NCBI GenBank assembly: GCA_016288315.1
Contig: JAEEYU010000069.1
Coordinates: 14,375 to 78,374 of the forward strand
Length of the DNA stretch: 64,000 nucleotides
Source of the DNA: Clostridiaceae bacterium
GTDB lineage: Bacteria; Bacillota; Clostridia; Oscillospirales; Acutalibacteraceae
Reading direction: 5' to 3'
A program made the position numbers and the translations under genes. The notes under the pieces were generated by a model that was not told where the DNA came from, ran no database searches, and was given only the letters and a program-made list of their open reading frames with translations. The number at the start of each line of letters is the position of its first letter. The first letter of the stretch is position 1. Shown one piece after another: positions 49,101 through 57,445 of this stretch.

Positions 49101-49589
49101 GTCTGTCGGCTGTGTTTTTTTGGCTCTTGCAGAGGTTTCGCCCGTGTAATCGGTGGCGTTGGAGTTGCGGATGTCGTGGTTGCCGGGAATAACGAAAACG
49201 GGGATTCCCGTTTCACGCTCAAAATCGGCAAATTTCTGAGCCATTTCTTTGTGCGACTCGTATTCGCCGTCTTTGGTTATATCGCCGGGCACAAGCACAT
49301 AGGCGCTGCCATTCTCCTTTGCCTCCTGCAGATAATGCTCAGAGACCTCGAGAGCCCTGTCAACAAGGGCACCTGCCTGTTCCATCTGACGGTGGGTTGT
49401 TTCAAGATAGTTTGCCCACGACGCACTGTTGACATCATAAAGCTTGTCTGCGAGGTAGTGGGTGTCGGAGAAAACGGCAAATGTTGCGGATGTTGTTGCC
49501 GCCTTTGCCCTGAGAACCGGCACGGTAACAGCCAGCAAAGTGACTGTCATCAGAATGCACAGCGCTTTGAAAAGCTTTGAATTTTTCAT
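46140..49589 (-). CDS. Large secreted protein with two metallophosphoesterase-fold domains (second degenerate)
   Basis: Signal peptide. Domain 1 has SDTH/GDI/GNHD/HH/GHLH. It is followed by a helical linker, a PAP-type FN3-like domain (LEPGKKYSYRIG) and domain 2 with ADMQ/GSQ/GARE/GQDC. Confidence 0.8.
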   Translation of the reverse strand: MKNSKLFKALCILMTVTLLAVTVPVLRAKAATTSATFAVFSDTHYLADKLYDVNSASWANYLETTHRQMEQAGALVDRALEVSEHYLQEAKENGSAYVLVPGDITKDGEYESHKEMAQKFADFERETGIPVFVIPGNHDIRNSNATDYTGETSARAKKTQPTDFEKIYKNFGYDENDPDCISRFHPKAGNYGGYLSYSWKLNDDFMLIAVDSNKYSVDNGAPTNEHVTDGMIGEDLMNWIVEQGAYAKENGYKVVFMQHHNIVQHMDIEEATFFAFVIDNWEYVCDTYADAGIHYVFSGHLHSHDTAAYVNDNGERITDLLTATLTGYPNEMRIAEFKSSGDEISMDMSSHRVDEFTPVSYVRNGETITYAQPFKYNGSYDLTFGKDIYEFAYSAILGVIRTYFPQIQRAGGLVGFLSEKGIDLEEIIKNALGTNGLQIGDTEILTVSQNLMGFINELGSQIDSRYINDREHTLQVVSELLTTLLNFKVSDKPCTLYYEKTGHGNPTGPTTLDEFAQTALLSYYGGDEDISADPMVQDVLDRFESGELAQEFFTLLRKTVVEDFALNEVLANLDFNPGELFPDGSALAVLGDILQGITEALLGGDNSFLNLVTSVLGIIFVPEKYSSVDNIIDTLIGDEHFTPSQMQAWGHTISWMVGTLLIDNNPVERADGDYTLVYSGKEKVEATADNYRLPSDIAVTMGEDSSTQANFTWLTKYSVTGSDIEIVPYSDNPSFGRGANDGLDIKASSKTVSISYPGADLGIIAFLDFSKDYTRHYVTVSNLEPGKKYSYRIGDASRDWWSEVGTLQTADKSGKTTFIALADMQGQNDTQYGVFSDVLKVAFRTVPDAKFIVSAGSQVTLAKNTKHWKSFFNTAADNLINTFFMPAAGAREKAGGFVTQYFNLANYPKQTTDTGVYYSYDYNNIHFTVLNTNNLADKKLGEPQLNWLKEDISSSDADWKVVVLPKAIYSNGAKCTAKENKNIRTQLNGLLPYLGVDLVLQGQDCVYWRTGALSGGLPAVSGKETVTYNGEKYTAMVNPKGTVYALPGTAGVRRASAVNKTANLFPDAETAFVPDTPVFAAVQTDGNTLYYDAYKVVDGNAQKADSFAIKKTGSSGAGSLFNLLASKMDFSFLWSILGIFFRIFSVFTK

Positions 49590-49621
49590 ATAGCATCTCC
49601 GTTTCAAAGATATATTGTTTC

Positions 49622-52081
49622 TCAGATCTGTTTCATAAGAGGACCTACGCCTTTGAGCGCTCTGGGAATATCGGAGAGAATCATTCTCAGACCCTTGCCG
49701 GGCTTGTCGCCGTTGAGGATTCGCAGAAGGCCTTCCGCCATTTTCTCGCTGAAAACTCCGCCTGACATTGACATAAAGTTGCGTATGGGTGTCTGGGTTG
49801 CAATACCGATTGCGAAATCTGCGCCCGGACCTTTCACGAATACAGGAATCATCTTATGCATAAGGTTGTTTATTCTGCCGCCCCATTTGGTGTAAGAGGC
49901 AGTTTCAAAACTGTCAACGACAGTGAGAGGCGTGTTTCTGTCTCTCTCTGTGGGAGGAATCGGTCTGCCGAGAACAGCCGTGAACTGGTCGTCGGGAACG
50001 GACTGAACCTTGCCTGTATAATAAAGAGGTGCAACTGTGCTGTAATCGGGAATATCGGCGGGAGCTGCCGTAACATTGACGGAGCCGGTAAGTCTGATAT
50101 CTGCGCTTGATGCGCCTACATAAATGTCGAAGACGCCGCTTTCAACGCACCAGTCGTTTGTGTTGACATTGAAGAAGGCGAACGCTCTTCTGTTGAGGGT
50201 GATTGTGATTGCCTTCTCTTCGCCAGGCTCAAGATAAACCTTTTTGAAGCCCTTGAGTTCCTTGACGGGGCGGAAAATCGTGCTCTCCCTGTCGCCTACA
50301 TAAAGCTGTGCGATTTCACTGCCTGCGACATTCCCGGTGTTTTTGACTCTGAACGATACGCTCAGTGTGTCGTTTTCATCCATCTCTGTTTTGTCGAGGT
50401 AGAGACCGGAATATTCAAAGGTTGTGTATGAAAGACCATAGCCGAAGGGGTAGCGGACGGGCTGCTGCGCCTTTTCATAATATCTGTAGCCGATATATAT
50501 TGACTCTCTGTATTCAACTGTTGCAACATTGCCGGGGAAGTTGTTGATTGAGGGGTTGTCTTCAAGCTTTTCGGGGTATGTCTCCGCGAGCTTGCCGCAG
50601 GGATTGACGTTGCCGAGAACGATGTCAACAACCGCTCCTGCGCCTGCCTGACCGCCGAGATAAGAGTTGAGAATTGCACGAACGCTGTCGTTATCCCAGT
50701 CAAATTCAACAGGTGCGCCGCCCGAAAGGATGACAACAATATTTTTGTTTACAGCCGAAACGGCTTTTACAAGCTCAATGTGGGCATCGGGGAGCTTCAT
50801 ATGGCTGCGGTCAAAGCCCTCTGATTCATAATCCTCGGTAAGACCGATGAAGAGGAGAACGGTGTCTGCGTTCTTTGCCGCTTCAACCGCTTCGGCGATA
50901 TGAGCGGGGTTTTTCTTTGCCTTGGCAAGTGTGCGCTCATAGCCCTGTGAATATGTTGCGTCAACGCCTGCAGCCGAAAGAATATCGTAGGCGCTGTCAA
51001 GATGTGTGGGATTAATCTGCGAAGAGCCGGCGCCCTGGTATCTCGGGGTTTTTGCCATTTCGCCGATAACCGCAACCTTCTTTGATTTGTCAAGCGGAAG
51101 GATGCCGTCGTTCTTCAGGAGAACCATTGACTGCTCGGCAATCTCTTTTGCGAGAATGTGGTCTTTTTCTTCATCAAATTCGAAGCCCTCTTTTGCGGCT
51201 TTTTCCGCTCCGTCGGATGCTTTTTTGATGAGTTCGAGTATTTTAAGCACTCTCTCATTAAGAACTTCCTCGCTGATTTTGCCCGATTCGATCGCCTTGA
51301 GAATTTTGCGCATTCCGCCGCCTGCCGACGAAGGCATTTCAATATCGTTGCCGGCAAGGAGGCCGTCATCTCTCTCGTTGCAGGCACCCCAGTCGGTAAC
51401 TATTGCGCCTTCAAAGCCCCATTCGTCTCGCAGAATCTCGGTCTGCGTGTGGGCGTTTTCGGAGCCGAATGTGCCGTTTATTTTATTGTAGGAGTTCATA
51501 ACGGTCCAGGGCTGTGATTTCTTGACCGCAATTTCAAATGCGGGCAGGTAAATCTCACGCAGTGCGCGTTCGTCAACAACGCTGTCGCCGTTCATACGGC
51601 GCGCCTCCTGGTCGTTTGCGCAGAAGTGTTTGAGCGATGTGCCTACTCCCCTCGACTGAACGCCGTTTATAAAGGAAGCGGCAAGCTCACCCGCAAGAAC
51701 GGGATCTTCGGAGAAATATTCAAAGTTTCTGCCGCAAAGCGGTGAGCGCTTCATATTGACGCCGGGACCGAGGAGCACGCCTACCTTTTCTTCAAGGCAT
51801 TTGCCGCCGAGAGCTTTGCCCATCTTCTCAAGCAGGTCGGGATCCCAGGAGCAGGCGGTAGTAACCGCAGTGGGGAAGCAGATTGAAGGAACGCTCGCAC
51901 TTAAGCTTGAGCCCTTTTTTTCATAATCCTTTTTGCGCAGACCGTGAGGGCCGTCGCAGACCATAATTTCGGGAATGCCGAGTCTTTCAATACCCTTGAG
52001 GTGCCAGAAATCTTTGCCGTCGCACATGGCGGCCTTTTCTTCAAGAGTCATAAGAGCAAGTAATTCTTTGGGGTCTTTCAT
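49622..52081 (-). CDS. GH3 beta-glucosidase
   Basis: DGPHGLR, GRNFEYFSEDP, KHF, VTDW (nucleophile), SEGFDR and FGYGLSYT, with an FN3-like domain. Confidence 0.95.
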   Translation of the reverse strand: MKDPKELLALMTLEEKAAMCDGKDFWHLKGIERLGIPEIMVCDGPHGLRKKDYEKKGSSLSASVPSICFPTAVTTACSWDPDLLEKMGKALGGKCLEEKVGVLLGPGVNMKRSPLCGRNFEYFSEDPVLAGELAASFINGVQSRGVGTSLKHFCANDQEARRMNGDSVVDERALREIYLPAFEIAVKKSQPWTVMNSYNKINGTFGSENAHTQTEILRDEWGFEGAIVTDWGACNERDDGLLAGNDIEMPSSAGGGMRKILKAIESGKISEEVLNERVLKILELIKKASDGAEKAAKEGFEFDEEKDHILAKEIAEQSMVLLKNDGILPLDKSKKVAVIGEMAKTPRYQGAGSSQINPTHLDSAYDILSAAGVDATYSQGYERTLAKAKKNPAHIAEAVEAAKNADTVLLFIGLTEDYESEGFDRSHMKLPDAHIELVKAVSAVNKNIVVILSGGAPVEFDWDNDSVRAILNSYLGGQAGAGAVVDIVLGNVNPCGKLAETYPEKLEDNPSINNFPGNVATVEYRESIYIGYRYYEKAQQPVRYPFGYGLSYTTFEYSGLYLDKTEMDENDTLSVSFRVKNTGNVAGSEIAQLYVGDRESTIFRPVKELKGFKKVYLEPGEEKAITITLNRRAFAFFNVNTNDWCVESGVFDIYVGASSADIRLTGSVNVTAAPADIPDYSTVAPLYYTGKVQSVPDDQFTAVLGRPIPPTERDRNTPLTVVDSFETASYTKWGGRINNLMHKMIPVFVKGPGADFAIGIATQTPIRNFMSMSGGVFSEKMAEGLLRILNGDKPGKGLRMILSDIPRALKGVGPLMKQI

Positions 52082-53364
52082 TGAACATCCTCCAGTATAT
52101 TATTAATGTTTTCTTTTTTGCCGTCTGAAGCATCGGTGCTCTCCACCGATTTGAGTTTTTTGCGTATGATTTCGTTGCGGTGCTGCGCTTCATCAAGAGT
52201 CTGCCCCGCCTCGTCAATCTTTTTGCGCGCTTTTGCAAGAACATCGCCGAATTTGCTGTATTGGTCGCGTGCAATTACAAGCTGTTCGCGCACTTCGTTT
52301 GCTTTCTCGTTTATTGCAACGGCTCTGAAGCCCATTGAAAGAGAATTCAGAAGGGCGGTTATTGTTGTGGGGCCTGCCACCATCACACCGAATTCGGACT
52401 GTATCTTTTCGATAACGGGTCTCTCGCTTGCGACAACCTCGGCAAAGAGGGCGTCGGTTGCAAGGTAGAGAATTGCGTAGGGCGTTGTGCGGGGAACATT
52501 TATATATTTTGAAACGCTTTTTGCCTCGGATAATACTCTTGTTTCAAGTGCCTTTCTTGCCTTTTCAAGTGCGGCTGAATCGGCACTGTCGGCAGCTGCG
52601 CAGACTCTTATATAATCTTCCATAGGGAATTTTGAGTCAACGGGAAGATACACAACCGAGCCGTCGGAGGATGGAATCTTCACTGCAAATTCCACTCTGT
52701 CTGCAGAGCCATCGACTGCGGCAAAGTTTGTTTCATACATGCCGGGTATTGTCTGGTCGAGTATTGCCCCGAGCTGAACCTCCGCCCAGGTGCCTCTTGC
52801 CTTGACATTTGTGAGCACCCTGTTTAGCGAGGTGACGTTTGAGGTGATAGAGCCGGAAAGCTCCTTCATTTCGCCTATTGATTTATTGACATTTTCAAGA
52901 CGGTCGGAGACCGCTTTAAACGAGGAGTCAAGCCGTGCAGAAAGTGTTGACGTAAGTTTTTCATCAACCGTCAGCCGCATCTGTTCGAGTTTTTCTTCAT
53001 TGCTGCGGCGCATTTTTTCAGCCGCTTCGGAATTGCTTCTGCTGATTTTTTCAAGACTTTCGCCTACCGAGATTATCAGCTTGTTCTGGTAGTCGGTATT
53101 GCGCAGATTCATCTGCTCGAGTTTTTCGTTCATCGCCCTGAGACTCTGCGCCGTTTCACTTCTCTGCGCCTGCTGCTGAGAGAGCATTTCACGGCGTGAG
53201 CGTTCAAACTCGGCATCAACGTTTTCGGAGAGGGTTTTTATCTTTTCGCCGGTTACAGCGAGCTTTTCTGACAATTCATTGTTTAATGCCGGCTTTTTAA
53301 AGAGCAGAACCGCCAAAAGAATAATTATGATTACCGACAGAGCGATAATTATATACAGTTCCGT
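52078..53364 (-). CDS. rmuC: DNA recombination protein RmuC; probable ACG start
   Basis: Coiled coil, RGTWAE, VDSKFP, KYI..P.T and GPTT. The N-terminal TM is complete only from ACG 53364, which lies 8 nt after GGAGG. Confidence 0.9.
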   Translation of the reverse strand, partial: TELYIIIALSVIIIILLAVLLFKKPALNNELSEKLAVTGEKIKTLSENVDAEFERSRREMLSQQQAQRSETAQSLRAMNEKLEQMNLRNTDYQNKLIISVGESLEKISRSNSEAAEKMRRSNEEKLEQMRLTVDEKLTSTLSARLDSSFKAVSDRLENVNKSIGEMKELSGSITSNVTSLNRVLTNVKARGTWAEVQLGAILDQTIPGMYETNFAAVDGSADRVEFAVKIPSSDGSVVYLPVDSKFPMEDYIRVCAAADSADSAALEKARKALETRVLSEAKSVSKYINVPRTTPYAILYLATDALFAEVVASERPVIEKIQSEFGVMVAGPTTITALLNSLSMGFRAVAINEKANEVREQLVIARDQYSKFGDVLAKARKKIDEAGQTLDEAQHRNEIIRKKLKSVESTDASDGKKENINNILEDVQ

Positions 53365-53641
53365 TTTTTCCGCCTCCCCTGCACATAATTCTCCAATATA
53401 GCAATAATTATAAAAATTTTATCATATTTATTAATTCTTTACAACAGTAAATTGATATTATTTACAGTGTTTTGGGTGTTAAATAATACGTTTTGTCGCA
53501 AATGCACAAAAACCGTAAGTTATTTTTTACGCAAAAAATCATAAAGTGTTAATTCTCAATTCATATTTCTGTATTAGAATATTAAAGTATATTATATTTG
53601 GTATTATATTTTAATAATATTTAACGGACGGAGAACCTGAA

Positions 53642-55810
53642 ATGAGCAAGACCCTTGTTTTGACCGAGAAGCCGTCGGTTGCAAAAGATATTGCGCGCGT
53701 GCTCGGTTGCAAACGCAACGGCAACGGCTGTATTATCGGTGATAAATATGTTATTACATGGGCACTCGGGCATCTTGTTACACTTGCCGACCCCGAGGCG
53801 TATGACAATAAATATAAGACCTGGCGCATGGAAGACCTGCCGATGCTGCCCGAAAAGATGAAGCTTGTGGTTATTCCGCAGACTTCAAAGCAGTTCAAGG
53901 CGGTCAGCGCACTGCTTAATTCAAATGAATTCAGCGAGCTTGTCATAGCTACGGATGCAGGCAGAGAGGGCGAGCTTGTTGCGCGCTGGATTATTCAGAA
54001 AGCGCATTTCAAAAAGCCGATGAAACGGCTCTGGATCTCATCACAGACCGACAAGGCGATAAAAGAGGGCTTTGCAAATCTTAAACCGTCGCAGCAGTAT
54101 GACAGCTTATACCGCTCCGCACAGTGCAGAGCGGAGGCGGACTGGCTTGTCGGTTTAAACATAAGCCGCGCCATGACCTGCAAGCATAACGCACAGCTTT
54201 CAGCGGGCAGAGTGCAGACCCCGACCCTTGCAATGATAGTAAAGCGGGAGGATGAGATTCTTAAATTCCGTCCGAGAGATTACTACAATGTGCGCGTTTA
54301 TTTCAACGAATTCAGTGCGCTTTACAAGGATTCCAAAGGTCAGGCGTTTATAAGCGACATTGAATCAGCTCAGAGAATTGCGGATGAGGTAAAGGGAGCA
54401 AGAGGCACGTTCACCGAGGTCAAAAAGGTGTTCCGGCACAAAGCTCCGCCCGCCGCATACGACCTGACGGAGCTTCAGAGAGATGCAAACAAAAAATATT
54501 CATACTCGGCAAAACAGACTCTTTCGCTTATGCAAAGTCTTTATGAGACACATAAGTTGCTGACATACCCGAGAACGGACTCAAGATACATCACGAAGGA
54601 TGTTGTGCCGACTCTGCCAGAGAGACTTAAAGCGATAGCAATCGGACCTTATAAAGACGCCGCAAACGCTCTTATCAGAAGCAGAAACATAGAAACGAAA
54701 TACATTGTAAACGATGCCAAGGTAACCGACCACCACGCAATTATTCCCACCGAGCAATATGTGGATTTAAATCGACTGACGAGGGATGAACGCAACATCT
54801 ACGACCTTGTTGTGCGCCGTTTTTTAGCGGTTCTGAGCCCTGCGTGCGAATATGATGAGGTGCAGGTCAAAGCGACCTTCGGCAAACATAATTTTTATGC
54901 CAAGGGGCAGATTATGCGTTCGCCCGGTTGGAAAGCGGTTTACAACCGCTCCGACGAGGACGAGGATGACGACGAATATGAAGGCACTCTGCCGCAGATA
55001 AATCAGGGTGCGCCGGCTTTTGCAAAGGATTGCAGGGTTCAGACGAAGCAGACAAAACCGCCTGCGAGATACACGGAGGCCACCCTTCTGACTGCGATGG
55101 AAAACCCGACCGGTCAGGTTGACAGCGGCGAGCTGCGTGATGTTCTCAAAACAAGCGGCGGTCTCGGCACACCTGCGACAAGGGCGGATATTATCGAAAA
55201 GCTGTTCGACTCCTTCTGCGTTGAACGCAGGGGTAAGGAGATAATTCCCACATCAAAAGGAAGGCAGCTTGTCAGCATTGTGCCTGCCGATTTAAAATCT
55301 GCGGAGCTTACCGCCAAATGGGAGCAGAAGCTCTCTCTTATTGCCGCAGGCAAGGCAAATGACAGGCAGTTTATTGCCGAAATGCGAAAATATGCGTCCG
55401 CGCTTGTGTCGAGTGTAATTGCGGACACGGCGACCTACCGGCACGACAATATGACACGTGAGAAATGCCCCGAGTGCGGCAAGTTTATGCTTGAAGTAAA
55501 CGGCAAAAAAGGCAGAATGCTTATCTGCCAGGACAGGGAGTGCGGCTACCGCAAGAGTCTGAGCGTAATTACAAACGCCCGCTGCCCCGAATGCCACAAG
55601 AAGCTTGAAATGCGCGGCGAGGGCGACAAAAAAGCATTTTACTGCGTGTGCGGTTTTCGCGAAAAGCTCTCCGATTTTGAAAAGAGGAAGCAGGAGAGCG
55701 GAGCGGGCAAACGCGACATTGCAAAATATATGAGTTCGCAGAACAACAAAAAACCGGCAAGCAACCCGCTTGCCGACCAGCTTGCAAAATGGATGGAAGA
55801 AAACTCTTGA
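53642..55810 (+). CDS. topB: DNA topoisomerase III
   Basis: EKPSVA, ATDAGREGE, SAGRVQTPTL, TYPRTDS and GLGTPATRA, with C-terminal Zn ribbons. Confidence 0.95.
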   Translation: MSKTLVLTEKPSVAKDIARVLGCKRNGNGCIIGDKYVITWALGHLVTLADPEAYDNKYKTWRMEDLPMLPEKMKLVVIPQTSKQFKAVSALLNSNEFSELVIATDAGREGELVARWIIQKAHFKKPMKRLWISSQTDKAIKEGFANLKPSQQYDSLYRSAQCRAEADWLVGLNISRAMTCKHNAQLSAGRVQTPTLAMIVKREDEILKFRPRDYYNVRVYFNEFSALYKDSKGQAFISDIESAQRIADEVKGARGTFTEVKKVFRHKAPPAAYDLTELQRDANKKYSYSAKQTLSLMQSLYETHKLLTYPRTDSRYITKDVVPTLPERLKAIAIGPYKDAANALIRSRNIETKYIVNDAKVTDHHAIIPTEQYVDLNRLTRDERNIYDLVVRRFLAVLSPACEYDEVQVKATFGKHNFYAKGQIMRSPGWKAVYNRSDEDEDDDEYEGTLPQINQGAPAFAKDCRVQTKQTKPPARYTEATLLTAMENPTGQVDSGELRDVLKTSGGLGTPATRADIIEKLFDSFCVERRGKEIIPTSKGRQLVSIVPADLKSAELTAKWEQKLSLIAAGKANDRQFIAEMRKYASALVSSVIADTATYRHDNMTREKCPECGKFMLEVNGKKGRMLICQDRECGYRKSLSVITNARCPECHKKLEMRGEGDKKAFYCVCGFREKLSDFEKRKQESGAGKRDIAKYMSSQNNKKPASNPLADQLAKWMEENS

Positions 55811-57432
55811 AAGTGAAAAGACTTGTTTCAATCATATTAACAGCGGTTTTATTGCTGTCTCTCGCCTCCTGCGGTGACGGCAGCGGCGGAGCATTTTCCT
55901 ATGCACTCTCCGCTTCACCCGACACACTTGACCCGCAATACACACAGGGCGAGGACGCCGACACAATAATCAACAACTGCTTTGAAGGTCTTGTCCGCCT
56001 GGATGAAAACGGCGATGTTACGCCCGGCGTTGCAAAAAGCTGGGAAATCTCGCCCGACGGTCTGACATACACATTTCACCTGCGTGATGACAGCGAGTGG
56101 AGCGTTGTCAGAAGAATCAACACCTCAACAATCGGCGATGATTATGAGGAGTTTGACACTCAGGTTACCGCCTATGACTTTGCATTTGCTTTCAACAGAG
56201 CGGTAAAGGCGGAAACGAACTGCCCGGATTTTTCAAAATTCCTGATTATCAAAAACGCCCGTCAGATAAACGAGGGTAAGCTTTCGGTCTCGTCGCTCGG
56301 AGTGAATACACCCGACGATTTCACTCTTGTTGTTGAGCTTGAACACAAATGCCTTGACTTTCTTGACAGACTTGCCTGCACCGCCTTTATGCCGTGCAAC
56401 GAGGAGTTTTTTAACCTGTGCGGCGGAAGATACGGGCTCAATACGCAGTATCTTTTGTGCAACGGTCCGTTCTATGTTTCCGCCTGGGACGCATCTTCAA
56501 GTCTCACTGTCAGAAAAAACCACGGCTACAGCGGAGAAAACAAGGTTATGCCCTCCTCCGTTACTTTTTATTTCAATAACGATGCATCACGCATAGCGAG
56601 GGATGTTTCAATAGGCACATACAGCGCCGCCGTATTCACCGATGTTGACAGCGTGCCTGCCGAGTCGGTAAATGTCAGAAGAATAGAAGACACGGTTTAC
56701 GGCTTCTGTTTTAACTGCGCCGACACGTTTTTCTCTAACGAATATCTTCGCCTGGCGATTTCGTTCTGTATCAAAAAAGATTTGTTTGAACCGCCCGAGG
56801 GCTGTTCCTTTACAAGAACGAGCGTTCCGCTTTGCTGCAAGGCGGGCGACATAAACTACCACGAGCAGGTATCAAAGCAGATGCCTACCATTACCTACGA
56901 TGAAGAAAGAGCTCACGAATACTGGGATGCGGGTCTTGAGGTTCTCGGAGTAAAATCTGTAAATGTTACCCTGCTGTGTGAAGAAAAATACTCTGCCGCC
57001 ATCCGCTCGCAGATTCAGGTATGGCAGCAGGTTTTTGACGTCAGTCTGAGCGTCAGTGTTCTGACCGACACCGAGAACAACATTGAGAAACTGCTTGAAA
57101 CGGGCGAATATCAGTTTGCGTTTGCTCCCGTTCACTCGCGCAGTTCATCTTCAGCCGACTACCTTGCGGACTTCATACCGGGCAGGAGCACAAACGTTTT
57201 TAATTTTGAAGACGATGACTATGAAAGAATGATAAACGACGCACTTAACGTAGAGAGTCAGCAGGATGTTTTAAACGGCAGTTTCTCCGCCGACAGTTAC
57301 CTCATAAAGCACGCTATTTTCTATCCCGTATTCACGGGCACAAGCTGTTTTGTCACACATGCTTCCGTCAGCGGAATCAAATGCTCCGTCACGGGCAACA
57401 ACATAAGTTTTATCAGCGCTATTGAAAAATAA
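55807..57432 (+). CDS. Family 5 (OppA-like) solute-binding lipoprotein, orphan
   Basis: Lipobox LASC; TLDPQ, FEGLV, PGVAKSWEISPDGLTYTFHLR and NGPF. TTG overlaps the topB stop. Confidence 0.88.
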   Translation: MKVKRLVSIILTAVLLLSLASCGDGSGGAFSYALSASPDTLDPQYTQGEDADTIINNCFEGLVRLDENGDVTPGVAKSWEISPDGLTYTFHLRDDSEWSVVRRINTSTIGDDYEEFDTQVTAYDFAFAFNRAVKAETNCPDFSKFLIIKNARQINEGKLSVSSLGVNTPDDFTLVVELEHKCLDFLDRLACTAFMPCNEEFFNLCGGRYGLNTQYLLCNGPFYVSAWDASSSLTVRKNHGYSGENKVMPSSVTFYFNNDASRIARDVSIGTYSAAVFTDVDSVPAESVNVRRIEDTVYGFCFNCADTFFSNEYLRLAISFCIKKDLFEPPEGCSFTRTSVPLCCKAGDINYHEQVSKQMPTITYDEERAHEYWDAGLEVLGVKSVNVTLLCEEKYSAAIRSQIQVWQQVFDVSLSVSVLTDTENNIEKLLETGEYQFAFAPVHSRSSSSADYLADFIPGRSTNVFNFEDDDYERMINDALNVESQQDVLNGSFSADSYLIKHAIFYPVFTGTSCFVTHASVSGIKCSVTGNNISFISAIEK

Positions 57433-57445
57433 GGATGTGCACAGT

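Noticed and set aside
53400-53640. AT-rich stretch as an origin or foreign DNA
   Set aside because: No DnaA-box cluster or mobility genes. It is consistent with divergent promoters.
53642-55810. topB as a marker of a conjugative element
   Set aside because: No relaxase, T4SS or integrase nearby. It looks like the chromosomal Firmicute type.
55807-57432. About 17 Cys in the OppA-like lipoprotein as a metal-binding novelty
   Set aside because: The cysteines are scattered without CxxC clustering, and many proteins in this window are Cys-rich.
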